NCBI GenBank assembly: GCA_046723355.1
Contig: JBKOUJ010000035.1
Coordinates: forward strand, 70,736 to 134,735
Length of the DNA: 64,000 nt
DNA from: Actinomycetota bacterium
GTDB taxonomy: Bacteria > Actinomycetota > Thermoleophilia > Gaiellales > Gaiellaceae
Reading direction: 5' to 3'
Positions 28,541 through 37,137 of the stretch are shown here, piece after piece. The position numbers and the translations under genes are program-made. Below the pieces are notes generated by a model. That model did no database searches. It worked only from the letters and a program-made list of their open reading frames with translations, and was not told the origin of the DNA. The first letter of the stretch is position 1. Every line of letters starts with the position of its first letter.

Positions 28541-28619
28541 GCGGCTAGCGCACCCGGATCGAAACGCGCCGCTCGCCGGCGCGGTCGCCATTTCTTGCTG
28601 CGATACCCTCAGTCGAGGG

Positions 28620-29168
28620 ATGGCCCAGACCGGTTACGCGGGGGAGGAAGGCCGGCTTCAGGCACGGGTCGCGGTGAACGGATCCGGCAGGGCCTCCGCC
28701 GACACCGGCATCCCCGTTCTCGACCACCTGTTGACTCTGCTCGCCGAGCACGCGTCGTTCGACCTCGCCCTCGAGGTTGCGCCGGAGGAGCCGGACGCTG
28801 AGGTCGCCGCCGCCGGCCGCGCGCTCGGGCAGGCCCTGTCCGGAGCACTTCACGACGCGGCAGCCCGCGGCCACGGCTCGGCGGTCGTGCCGGCCGACGA
28901 GGCGCTCGCACACGTCGCGCTCGAGGCCTCGGGACGGCCACTGCTCGTCTCGAACGTCGACCTTTCGGATATGGGGGTCGGCGGGCTCGCCACCGACCTC
29001 GTGGCGCGCTTCTTGTCCGAGCTCGCCGAGGGTGCGGGTCTAACCCTCCACGTCCGCCTGATCGAGGGGCGCGACACGCAGCACGTCCTCGAAGCGATCT
29101 TCAAGGCCCTCGGCCTGGCGCTGGCCCAGGCCGTCCGACCGCAGAGAAGGGAGACCGATGGCAACTGA
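28620..29168 (+). CDS. imidazoleglycerol-phosphate dehydratase-like protein, degenerate motifs
   Basis: DTGIPVLDHLLTLLAEHASFDL...PADEALAH...GRDTQHVLEAIFKALGLAL aligns with the IGPD fold. The first HHxxE metal motif is absent and the second is QH instead of HH. Confidence 0.7.
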   Translation: MAQTGYAGEEGRLQARVAVNGSGRASADTGIPVLDHLLTLLAEHASFDLALEVAPEEPDAEVAAAGRALGQALSGALHDAAARGHGSAVVPADEALAHVALEASGRPLLVSNVDLSDMGVGGLATDLVARFLSELAEGAGLTLHVRLIEGRDTQHVLEAIFKALGLALAQAVRPQRRETDGN

Positions 29169-29550
29169 GTCGAAGTCCGTTGTCCGAACCGACGCCGCGC
29201 CGGCCCCGTTCCAGGGCGCGCCTTACTCGCAGGCGATCCGCGCGGGCGGGTTCGTGTTCGTCTCCGGGCAGCTCGGGCTGAAGCCCGGCGATGAGCGCAT
29301 CGAAGGCGGCATCGTCGAGCAGACCGAGAAGATCTTCCAGAACCTGCGAGCCATTCTCGAAGAGGCCGGCAGCGGCCTCGACAGCCTGGTCAAGACGACC
29401 GTGTTCCTGATCGATCTCGACGACTTCGGCGCGATGAACGAGGTCTACGCGAACCACGTGGGCTCTTCGGCGCCCGCACGTGCAACTGTGCAGGTTGCGG
29501 CACTGCCGTCGGGCGCGAGGGTCGAGATCGAGGCCATCGCCGCGCTCTAA
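29158..29550 (+). CDS. ridA: RidA/YjgF family reactive-intermediate deaminase
   Basis: 130 aa. PYSQAIRAGGFVFVSGQLG...KTTVFLIDLDDF...ARATVQVAALPSGARVEIEAIA. Confidence 0.9.
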   Translation: MATESKSVVRTDAAPAPFQGAPYSQAIRAGGFVFVSGQLGLKPGDERIEGGIVEQTEKIFQNLRAILEEAGSGLDSLVKTTVFLIDLDDFGAMNEVYANHVGSSAPARATVQVAALPSGARVEIEAIAAL

Positions 29551-29579
29551 GGGACAGTCCCGGTCCGGGGACAGTCCCT
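29551..29579. repeat. GGGACAGTCCC doublet, copy 1
   Basis: GGGACAGTCCC-GGTCC-GGGGACAGTCCCT lies immediately after the ridA stop and 21 nt upstream of the next ATG. Near-identical to 49491-49519. Confidence 0.7.
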
Positions 29580-29600
29580 CCGCTCCGCCACAATGTCCTC

Positions 29601-32159
29601 ATGCGGTGCGAAACGGTCATCGCGACCCACACGAACACCGATTTCGACGCGTTCGCGGCGATGTTGGCTGCTCGGCGCCTCTACCCGGGCTCCGTCGTCT
29701 GTCTGGCCGGTTCACTGAACCGGAACGTCCGCGAGTTCTACCGCCTGCACGCCGACGAGCTCGACTTCGTCGTCGAGGCCTCGCGCCTCGAGCTGGACGC
29801 GATCCAGCGTCTGATCGTCGTCGAGACCGTGGATGCCGGGCGCCTCGGTGAGCTCGAATCGGTCGCGCTCGACCCGAGCGTCGACAAGGTCGTGTTCGAC
29901 CACCACGCGGCCGAACGGCCCGCCTGGGCGGCGCCGGAGAACGTCATCGTCTCCGAGGACGGCGCGCTGACGACAACGCTCGTCGGGGTACTCGCGGAGC
30001 GGGAGCTTGCCGTCACGCCGGTCGAGGCCACGGCGTTCGCGCTCGGGATTCACGAGGACACCGGATCGCTGACCCATACGACGGCCACCCAGCGCGACGC
30101 CGAAGCGCTCGGCTGGTGCCTCCGCCACGGCGCGAAGCAGGATCTCCTCTCGCGCTTCCTGCACACGCCGCTCGGCGAGGCCGAGCGGGCGCTTCTCTCG
30201 ACGCTGCTCGACTCGATAGAGACCCACGAGACTGCAGGCACGGAGGTGTTCGTAACCTCCACGGCGACGGGCGAGTACGTCGAGGGGATCTCGAACCTGG
30301 CGCACAAGCTCGTCGACGTGACCGACGCGGCGGGTCTCGTCGTCCTGGTCGAGATGGACGGGCGCGTCTTCGCGGTCACGCGCAGTCGCATCCCCGAGCT
30401 GGACGCCGCGACGCTCGCGGCCGTGCTCGGCGGAGGCGGCCACGCGCAGGCAGCCTCCGCGATCTACCGCGGCTCGCTCGCCGATGCGCGACGGCTCGTC
30501 GTGGAGCACCTCGCCGACGCCGTTCGTGAGCCGGCACGCGCTCGCGACGTGATGTCGAAGCCGGCGCGGACGATTCCGCCGGACGAGACGGTCTCCCGCG
30601 CGATGGTCGGCTGCCAGCGCTTCGGCCAGAGCGGGATCCTGGTGGCCGCCGACGGCGAGGTTGTGGGCGCGGTCAGCCGCGAAGATCTCGACAAGGCGAT
30701 CTCGCACGGGCTCGCGCACGCACCCGTCAAGGGGATCATGAGCTCGCGTGTCGCCGTGTGCGACGAGGGCACGCCGCTCTCCGAGCTCCAGCGCCTGCTC
30801 GCTGGCGGTGACGAGCGCATCGCGGTTCTGCGCGGCGGCAAGCTGGTCGGCGTCGTCACCCGAGGCGACGTGCTCGAGGCGCTCGGCGAGCGTGCCACGG
30901 CGCCTGGGCGGCCGACCTTCTCGCTCGCCGACGACCTCGCGAAGCTGGAGCGGCTCACACCCGTGTTCGAGGCCGTCGCCGCCCTGAGCGGCGACTTCGA
31001 GGGCGTTTATCTCGTCGGCGGGACTGTGCGGGACATCATCCTCGGAGAGCGCAGCTTTGATGTCGACATCGCGGTCGAAGGCGACGCGATCGCACTCGCG
31101 CAGGCGCTCGCCGACGCGTTGGGCGGCCGCGTGCGTGCGCACGAGAAGTTTGGTACCGCGGTCGTCGTCTACGGGGACGGCGAACGGGTCGACGTCGTGA
31201 CCGCCCGGACCGAGTTCTACGACGCGCCGGCCGCGCTGCCGGCGGTTGAGCACGCGTCGATCCGCGAGGACCTCTTTCGCCGCGACTTCACGATCAACGC
31301 GATGGCCGTGTCGCTGAAGGGCGGCGACTACGGCCGGCTCGTCGATCCCTTCGGGGGTCGCGCCGACCTCGACGCGGGCCGGATCCGCGTGCTCCACAAC
31401 CTCTCGTTCATCGACGACCCGACCCGGATTTTCCGCGCGATCCGCTACGAGAACCGCTACGGATTCCGGATGGACGACCACACGGCCGCCCTTGCCCGCG
31501 GGACGATCGAGATGGGGCTCGTCGGCGACCTTTCCTCGGCACGCCTCCGCGACGAGCTCGTCGCTCTGCTCGAGGAAGGCGAGTTCGAGCACTCGATTCT
31601 CCGCCTCGCCGAGCTCGGCGCGGACAAGGCGATCCACCCGCACCTCGCGGCCGATCAGGAGGCCGTCGCGCTGCTGGCCCGCCTGCGAGCGCTTGCCCAG
31701 CAGTACGAGATCGATGTCCCGGCCTGGCACCTCGGCCTGATCGCGCTGGCACGGATGCTGCCGCCTGACGAGGTGTACGACTGGCTGCAGCGCCTGAAGG
31801 TGAGGCGCCGCGACGCCGAGCAGATCGCGGCTGCAGTGACCGTCGGCCCGCGGCTCGTCGGCCGAGTGCGCGACCGCGACGTCGAGCCGGCCGAGGTCGT
31901 CGCACTGGCCGACCGCTACTCGCCGGACGCGCCGCTCTTCGCACTCGCGCTGGAGGATCTCGAGCCGCTGCACGAGTACTTCCGTGGTCTTCGCGACGTT
32001 CGCCTGGAGGTGACCGGCAATGACCTCGCCGAGCTGGGGCTGGGCGAGTCGCCGCGTGTGGGGGAAGTCCTCGCGGAGCTGCGGCGGCGCAAGCTGAACG
32101 GCGAGCTGGACGGGCGCGACTCGGAGCTCGCGGCAGCGCGGGAGTTGATCGGCTTGTGA
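29601..32159 (+). CDS. DHH/DHHA1-CBS-polyA polymerase/CCA-adding nucleotidyltransferase fusion protein
   Basis: 852 aa. N-terminal DHH region (ATHTNTDFDAFAAM...DHH), a CBS pair, then GGTVRDIILGE..DVDIAV, the tRNA nucleotidyltransferase head. Confidence 0.8.
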   Translation: MRCETVIATHTNTDFDAFAAMLAARRLYPGSVVCLAGSLNRNVREFYRLHADELDFVVEASRLELDAIQRLIVVETVDAGRLGELESVALDPSVDKVVFDHHAAERPAWAAPENVIVSEDGALTTTLVGVLAERELAVTPVEATAFALGIHEDTGSLTHTTATQRDAEALGWCLRHGAKQDLLSRFLHTPLGEAERALLSTLLDSIETHETAGTEVFVTSTATGEYVEGISNLAHKLVDVTDAAGLVVLVEMDGRVFAVTRSRIPELDAATLAAVLGGGGHAQAASAIYRGSLADARRLVVEHLADAVREPARARDVMSKPARTIPPDETVSRAMVGCQRFGQSGILVAADGEVVGAVSREDLDKAISHGLAHAPVKGIMSSRVAVCDEGTPLSELQRLLAGGDERIAVLRGGKLVGVVTRGDVLEALGERATAPGRPTFSLADDLAKLERLTPVFEAVAALSGDFEGVYLVGGTVRDIILGERSFDVDIAVEGDAIALAQALADALGGRVRAHEKFGTAVVVYGDGERVDVVTARTEFYDAPAALPAVEHASIREDLFRRDFTINAMAVSLKGGDYGRLVDPFGGRADLDAGRIRVLHNLSFIDDPTRIFRAIRYENRYGFRMDDHTAALARGTIEMGLVGDLSSARLRDELVALLEEGEFEHSILRLAELGADKAIHPHLAADQEAVALLARLRALAQQYEIDVPAWHLGLIALARMLPPDEVYDWLQRLKVRRRDAEQIAAAVTVGPRLVGRVRDRDVEPAEVVALADRYSPDAPLFALALEDLEPLHEYFRGLRDVRLEVTGNDLAELGLGESPRVGEVLAELRRRKLNGELDGRDSELAAARELIGL

Positions 32160-32869
32160 TCCGCTGGGACGCACCGGGGCCGTACGAAGTCGCGTTTTCG
32201 ACCCGCGCAGGTGGAGTCAGCGAAGGCCCGTTCGAGTCGCTCAACCTCACCCACGGCCCGGCCTGGTGGGACTTTCGCGACGCCGACGAGAACGTGGTCG
32301 AGAATCGAACACGTGTCTGTCGCGCGATCGGCGCCGACCCGGCGCGGCTGACCGTCAACATCCAGCGCCACACGTCGGTCGTCCACCGCGCGCAGCCCGG
32401 CCGTCGGGAGATCGGAGACGCCCTCTGGACGGACGAGCCGGACACTCCGATGCTCTCGATCGGCGCCGACTGCGCCCTCGTCGCGCTGGTGCGGACGAAC
32501 GGCGACCGTCCGGCCGCTGCGGTCGTCCACGCGGGGCGGATCGGGCTTCTCGCAGGCGTGCTCGAGGCGGCGGTCGGCACGCTCGGAGGTCGCATCTGGG
32601 CGGTGATCGGCGCGACGATCGGGCCCTGCTGCTATGCGGTCGGCGAGGACGTGGCCGGCCGGTACCGCGAGCGCTTCGGCGCCGGGATCGTCCGCAGGGG
32701 CCACCTCGACCTCCCGACCGCGGCCGAGCGCGTGCTGCGCGAGGCCGGCTGCGCCTCGATCGAGCGTCTCGACCTCTGCACGTCTTGCCGGGCCGACCTG
32801 TTCTTCTCGTACCGCCGCGACGGCACCCCGCGCGGCGGCCACGGCGTGATCGCGCGTGTTCTCGGCTGA
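32156..32869 (+). CDS. pgeF: YfiH/PgeF (DUF152) family protein
   Basis: 237 aa. STRAGGVS...NLT...ADC...CCY...CT. GTGA overlap with the upstream gene. Occupies the usual division-cluster position before yggS/sepF. Confidence 0.85.
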   Translation: MIRWDAPGPYEVAFSTRAGGVSEGPFESLNLTHGPAWWDFRDADENVVENRTRVCRAIGADPARLTVNIQRHTSVVHRAQPGRREIGDALWTDEPDTPMLSIGADCALVALVRTNGDRPAAAVVHAGRIGLLAGVLEAAVGTLGGRIWAVIGATIGPCCYAVGEDVAGRYRERFGAGIVRRGHLDLPTAAERVLREAGCASIERLDLCTSCRADLFFSYRRDGTPRGGHGVIARVLG

Positions 32870-33452
32870 CGACGTCCGCTCGAACTACGAGCGGATTCGG
32901 GGAGAGGTAGGCGAGGCGGTCACGATCGTTGCTGCTACCAAGTACGTCAACCTCGAGGACATGGCGGCGCTGGCCGAGGCCGGCGTCGAGGTCGTGGGCG
33001 AGAACCGGGCTCAGGATCTCGAGGCGAAGCACGCCGCCTACGGCGACGCCTTCCGCTGGCACTTCATCGGCCACCTGCAGAGCCGCAAGGCAAAGATCGT
33101 GAACCACACATGCGAGCTCGTCCATTCACTGTCCTCCGAATCCGCGGCGAAGCGGCTGGAGATCCCGGCTCTCGTCGAGGTCAACCTCTCGGGCGAGGAG
33201 ACGAAGTCAGGCGTGCACGAGGCCGAGCTCGACGCGCTGCTCGAGGCCTACCCGCGGGTCCGGGGGCTGATGACGATGCCGCCCGAGACGGCCGACCCAG
33301 AGGCCTCGCGACCCTACTTCCGCCGGCTGCGCGAGCTCGCCGCCGAGCGCGGCCTCGCCGAGCTGTCGATGGGCACGAGCCAGGACTACCGCGTCGCCGT
33401 CGAGGAGGGTGCAACGCTGATCCGAATCGGCTCCGTTCTCCACCAAGGTTAG
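32856..33452 (+). CDS. yggS: YggS family pyridoxal-phosphate homeostasis protein
   Basis: 198 aa. ATKYV...GENRAQDL...WHFIGHLQSRK...LSMGTSQDY. Confidence 0.85.
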   Translation: MFSADDVRSNYERIRGEVGEAVTIVAATKYVNLEDMAALAEAGVEVVGENRAQDLEAKHAAYGDAFRWHFIGHLQSRKAKIVNHTCELVHSLSSESAAKRLEIPALVEVNLSGEETKSGVHEAELDALLEAYPRVRGLMTMPPETADPEASRPYFRRLRELAAERGLAELSMGTSQDYRVAVEEGATLIRIGSVLHQG

Positions 33453-33464
33453 AATCGGCTGGAA

Positions 33465-34022
33465 ATGGGGTTCGCGGACGTCTGGAGTCGCACGCTCGTC
33501 TACTTCGGGATCGCCGAGGAGGACGACGAGTGGGACGAGGACGGGTACGTCACCGAGGAGGAGCTCGAGCGCACCTACAGCGAGCGACCGAACGTCCGCC
33601 GGCTGACGCCGCGCAGCAGCAAGCGCGACTTCGACGACTGGACGGATCCCGACGCGGACGAGACGCGCATAGCCACGCGCCCACGCCGGCGCGAGCGGCG
33701 CGCCGAGGTGGCACCGATGCCGGGGCCGACGCCCGTCCCCTCGGTGCGCGTCCACCTCGTCGTTCCACACACGTTCCAGGACGCGCAGCAGATCGCCGAT
33801 CGCTTCAAGGACGGGATCCCCGTGATCTTGAACCTGCAGGCCACGGAGCAGGAGCTTTCGAAGCGTCTGATCGACTTCACGAGCGGCCTGACCTACGCCC
33901 TCGACGGCGGCATGCAGCGCGTGGCGGACAAGGTTTTCCTGCTGACGCCGCGCAATGTCGAGGTCTCTGCGGAGGAGCGCGCCCGCCTGCTCGAGCGCGG
34001 CGGCTTCTTCAATCAGGCCTAA
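33465..34022 (+). CDS. sepF: cell division protein SepF
   Basis: 185 aa. C-terminal domain FQDAQQIADRFKDGIPVILNL...LIDFTSGLTYALDGGMQRVADKVFLLTP. Confidence 0.9.
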   Translation: MGFADVWSRTLVYFGIAEEDDEWDEDGYVTEEELERTYSERPNVRRLTPRSSKRDFDDWTDPDADETRIATRPRRRERRAEVAPMPGPTPVPSVRVHLVVPHTFQDAQQIADRFKDGIPVILNLQATEQELSKRLIDFTSGLTYALDGGMQRVADKVFLLTPRNVEVSAEERARLLERGGFFNQA

Positions 34023-34075
34023 GGCGTCGCTTGCGACGCCTTCTGCGAGGGCGCGCCGGCTTTGCCGGCGCGCCC
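34023..34075 (+). terminator. double hairpin (REP-like) downstream of sepF
   Basis: GGCGTCGC-TT-GCGACGCC at 34023-34040, then a perfect 12-bp stem GGGCGCGCCGGC-TTT-GCCGGCGCGCCC at 34049-34075. The first hairpin recurs at 36173-36190. Confidence 0.5.
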
Positions 34076-34163
34076 GGATAATCCCGGGTCGCACCGGCTT
34101 CGCCGTGTTCAGCTCGAGAAGCGGACGTGTAGGAAGCGCGCAGGCTAGACCGAAAGCCTCTGT

Positions 34164-34472
34164 ATGGGCCTGAGCCCCCGTTCGATCCTGCTCTTCGACG
34201 CAGCCTCGTCGGCGGACCGGTTCATTTTCATCTTCATCTACGTCTACATCCTCCTGATCTTCATCTACGTCCTCAGCTCCTGGGTCCGGCTGCCGTACTC
34301 GCCCTGGTTGCGTCGGATTCAGGACTTCCTGCGTGACGTCTGCGAGCCGTACCTGCGCTTGTTCCGGCGGATCCTGCCGTCGTTCGGTCCGCTCGACCTC
34401 TCGCCCGTCGTCGCGGTGATCGTTCTGGTTGTCCTAGAGAAAGTGATCCACACGATCTTGAGCAACTTCTGA
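34164..34472 (+). CDS. yggT: YggT family membrane protein
   Basis: 102 aa, hydrophobic, at the conserved position after sepF. Confidence 0.8.
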   Translation: MGLSPRSILLFDAASSADRFIFIFIYVYILLIFIYVLSSWVRLPYSPWLRRIQDFLRDVCEPYLRLFRRILPSFGPLDLSPVVAVIVLVVLEKVIHTILSNF

Positions 34473-34487
34473 CCAGAAAGGAGGGCC

Positions 34488-34925
34488 ATGATGGCCTTTA
34501 CACCGGTTGAGCTCAGACACGTCGGCTTCAAGCGCGGACTTTTCGGCTATCAGCGCGGATCCGTCGACGAGGCAATCGAGGAAGCGGTCGGCTCGTTCGA
34601 GACCGTCTGGCGCGAGCGGGCCGACTTCGCTGACCGGATCGAGCACCTCGAAGCCGACCTCAAACGCCACCGCGAGCTGGAATCGCTGCTGCGCTCGACG
34701 CTGACGACAGCCGAGCAGGCAGCTCACGAGTTGCGCGACCAGGCGCGACGCGAGGCGGCGCTCGTCCTCGAGGAAGCCCACGCCGAGGCGCGGCGGATCA
34801 CGCGTGACGCGATCGCCGAGCGCGAGCGGCTCGCGACGGAGATCCACCGGATCAAGGCGCTGCTCGGAGCCGCCCTCGACGCCGTCGGCGACGCGGACGG
34901 GGAGGTCCAGGCAGAGGCGGCCTAA
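34488..34925 (+). CDS. divIVA: DivIVA domain protein
   Basis: MMAFTPVELRHVGFKRGLFGYQRGSVDEAIE followed by a coiled coil. GGAGGG SD. Confidence 0.8.
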   Translation: MMAFTPVELRHVGFKRGLFGYQRGSVDEAIEEAVGSFETVWRERADFADRIEHLEADLKRHRELESLLRSTLTTAEQAAHELRDQARREAALVLEEAHAEARRITRDAIAERERLATEIHRIKALLGAALDAVGDADGEVQAEAA

Positions 34926-34955
34926 GCCGCTCGGCGCGAAATCTATACTGGCCTC

Positions 34956-35234
34956 ATGGCTGGGGCTTCGACTCGTTTGCGCGTGCGTGTCTCTCCGGGG
35001 GCGCGCTCCAACACGATCGTTGGCCGGCACGGCGACGGTTGGAAGGTCCGCGTCACGGCGCCCCCCGAGGACGGCAAAGCCAACGATGCGGTGCTGCGAC
35101 TGCTCGCCGAGCGTCTCGATCTCCCCGGCGGTAGCGTCACCCTCGTTTCCGGGCTCTCCGGCCGGGACAAGATCGTCGAGCTGGCAGGCATCGACGCCGC
35201 CGACGCGGAGAGGCGGCTTGGACGACAAGGGTAG
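34956..35234 (+). CDS. DUF167 (YggU) family protein
   Basis: 92 aa. RVSPGARSN...VRVTAPPEDGKANDAVLRLLAERL. Confidence 0.75.
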   Translation: MAGASTRLRVRVSPGARSNTIVGRHGDGWKVRVTAPPEDGKANDAVLRLLAERLDLPGGSVTLVSGLSGRDKIVELAGIDAADAERRLGRQG

Positions 35235-35238
35235 GCAG

Positions 35239-35613
35239 ATGAGCACACAGATCGACACGGAGCACTTCCGCGCCCGCCTTCAGGAAGAGCGCAGCAAGGT
35301 GCTCGCTGCAATCGCGTATCTTCAGAAGGAGAACCCCGGCGCGATCGAGGACATCACCGGCGACCTCGCGCAGGGCCCCGGCGACAACCATCTCGCCGAC
35401 CTTGCGACCGACACGATCGACCGCGAGATCGACGACACGCTCGAGGAGAACTCCGTGAACGTGCTCCGCGAGATCGACGCGGCGCTGAAGCGGATCGACG
35501 AAGGCACGTACGGCACCTGCATGGCCGGAGGCGAGCCGATCGAGCCCGAGCGGCTCGAGCACCTGCCATGGGCCACCCTGTGCGCCGAGCACGCCCGCGG
35601 GAGACGCGGTTGA
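35239..35613 (+). CDS. DksA/TraR-family protein (two-Cys variant)
   Basis: 124 aa. Coiled-coil N-terminus, then IDAALKRIDEGTYGTCMAGGEPIEPERLEHLPWATLCAEH. Confidence 0.7.
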   Translation: MSTQIDTEHFRARLQEERSKVLAAIAYLQKENPGAIEDITGDLAQGPGDNHLADLATDTIDREIDDTLEENSVNVLREIDAALKRIDEGTYGTCMAGGEPIEPERLEHLPWATLCAEHARGRRG

Positions 35614-36140
35614 GCGAAGTCCGCGTCGGCTCCTCGACCGACGCTCTGACACCCATCTCGGTGGCGACGCGTTCGCTCGCGGCACGCAGGCCCCAGTGGA
35701 TTGCGCTCGGACTTGTGGTCGGAGCGGCGATTCTCGCCGACCAGGTGACGAAGCACATCGTCTCGAGCCAGCTGGCCCTGGACGACTCCATCCATGTCCT
35801 CGGCCCCTTCTCGATCCACCACGTCCAGAACTCGGGCATCGCCTTCGGCCTGTTCGCGAACGCGACGGCGTTCGTGACCGCGCTGACGGCGCTCGCGGTG
35901 GGGTGGATGCTCGTCTTCTTCGCCCGCTCAGGCGCCCGCCATCCGGTGCTCCCCGTCGCGCTCGGGCTGCTGATCGGCGGCAGCGCGTCGAACCTCGTCG
36001 ACCGGATCCGGCTCGGGCACGTCACCGATTTCCTCGACTTTCGCTACTGGCCGGCGTTCAACCTCGCGGACACCTTCATCGTCGTCGGCGTGGCGATCCT
36101 CTTCGCCGCGATCCTGATCGGCGACGCTCGGTCACGGTAA
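35610..36140 (+). CDS. lspA: lipoprotein signal peptidase II
   Basis: LADQVTKHIV...NSGIAFG...GGSASNLVDRIRLGHVTDFLDF...FNLAD. TTG 35610 overlaps the upstream stop (TTGA). Confidence 0.85.
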   Translation: MSEVRVGSSTDALTPISVATRSLAARRPQWIALGLVVGAAILADQVTKHIVSSQLALDDSIHVLGPFSIHHVQNSGIAFGLFANATAFVTALTALAVGWMLVFFARSGARHPVLPVALGLLIGGSASNLVDRIRLGHVTDFLDFRYWPAFNLADTFIVVGVAILFAAILIGDARSR

Positions 36141-36172
36141 GGGTTTCAGTTCCATCCGGCGCGGCGGGCCGC

Positions 36173-36230
36173 GGCGTCGCTTGCGATGCCGCCCAAGAGG
36201 CCGCCCGATTCACTCGGGCGGCCGCTAAAC
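36173..36230. repeat. REP-like hairpin pair between lspA and rluD
   Basis: GGCGTCGC-TT-GCGATGCC, then AAGAGGCCGCCCGATTCACTCGGGCGGCCGCTAAAC. The 36-nt segment 36195-36230 is the exact reverse complement of 47613-47648. Confidence 0.7.
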
Positions 36231-36240
36231 CCGGCTCAAG

Positions 36241-37137
36241 GTGAAAAAAAGGCTTCAGATCCCCCCAAAGGCTGCGGGAGAGCGGCTCGACCGCCTTGTT
36301 GCCTCGCTGCCGGAGGTCGGCTCGCGCGCGGAGGCTGAGCGCCTGCTCGGGGCGGCGGCCGTCCGTCTAGACGGTGAGCTGCGGCCCAAAAGCCACCGGC
36401 TCCAGGGCGGTGAACTGCTCGAGGTCGAGCTTCCAGACCAGGTCGCCCCCAGCCCCGAGGCGGAAGAGCGAGAACTCCGAATCGCGTACGAGGACGAACA
36501 CCTGCTCGTCGTCGACAAGCCGGCGGGAGTCGTCGTCCATCCCTCGGTAGGGCACGGACACGGGACCCTCGTGAACGCCCTGCTCGAGCGCGGGATCGCG
36601 GGCGGGGACGTGACGGAGCGCCCAGGGATCGTTCATCGCCTCGACCGCGACACCTCAGGGCTGCTCGTGGTCGCGCGCTCGCAGGAGGCGTACGAGCGGC
36701 TTCAGGGGCTCGTCCGCGAGCGGCGGCTGGACCGCCGCTACCTCGCGCTCGTTCGCGGCCGGCCACGCTCGCGGACCGGCCGAATCGAGGCGCCGATCGG
36801 CCGCGATCGCCACGACCCGCTGCGGCATTCCCTTGACACGGACACTCCCCGCGAGGCGATCACGCATTTCGAGGTGATCGAGCTCCTACCCGCGCACGCG
36901 TTCCTGTCGGTGCGCCTCGAGACCGGCCGCACGCACCAGATCCGCGTTCACCTGCAGGCAATCGAGCTCCCAGTCGTGGGCGACCCGGTCTACGGCGTGC
37001 CCGACCCGGAGCTGCGCCGTCAATTCCTGCACGCAAACCGGCTCAGCTTTCCGCACCCGCTGACCGGCGCAATGGTCGACGTCGAGTCGCCGCTCCCGGA
37101 GGACCTTCAGGCGGCGCTCGCGCGCTTCGCCTCGTAG
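36241..37137 (+). CDS. rluD: RluA-family 23S rRNA pseudouridine synthase
   Basis: 298 aa. An S4 domain, then GIVHRLDRDTSGLLVVA and the HQIRVH motif. Confidence 0.9.
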   Translation: MKKRLQIPPKAAGERLDRLVASLPEVGSRAEAERLLGAAAVRLDGELRPKSHRLQGGELLEVELPDQVAPSPEAEERELRIAYEDEHLLVVDKPAGVVVHPSVGHGHGTLVNALLERGIAGGDVTERPGIVHRLDRDTSGLLVVARSQEAYERLQGLVRERRLDRRYLALVRGRPRSRTGRIEAPIGRDRHDPLRHSLDTDTPREAITHFEVIELLPAHAFLSVRLETGRTHQIRVHLQAIELPVVGDPVYGVPDPELRRQFLHANRLSFPHPLTGAMVDVESPLPEDLQAALARFAS

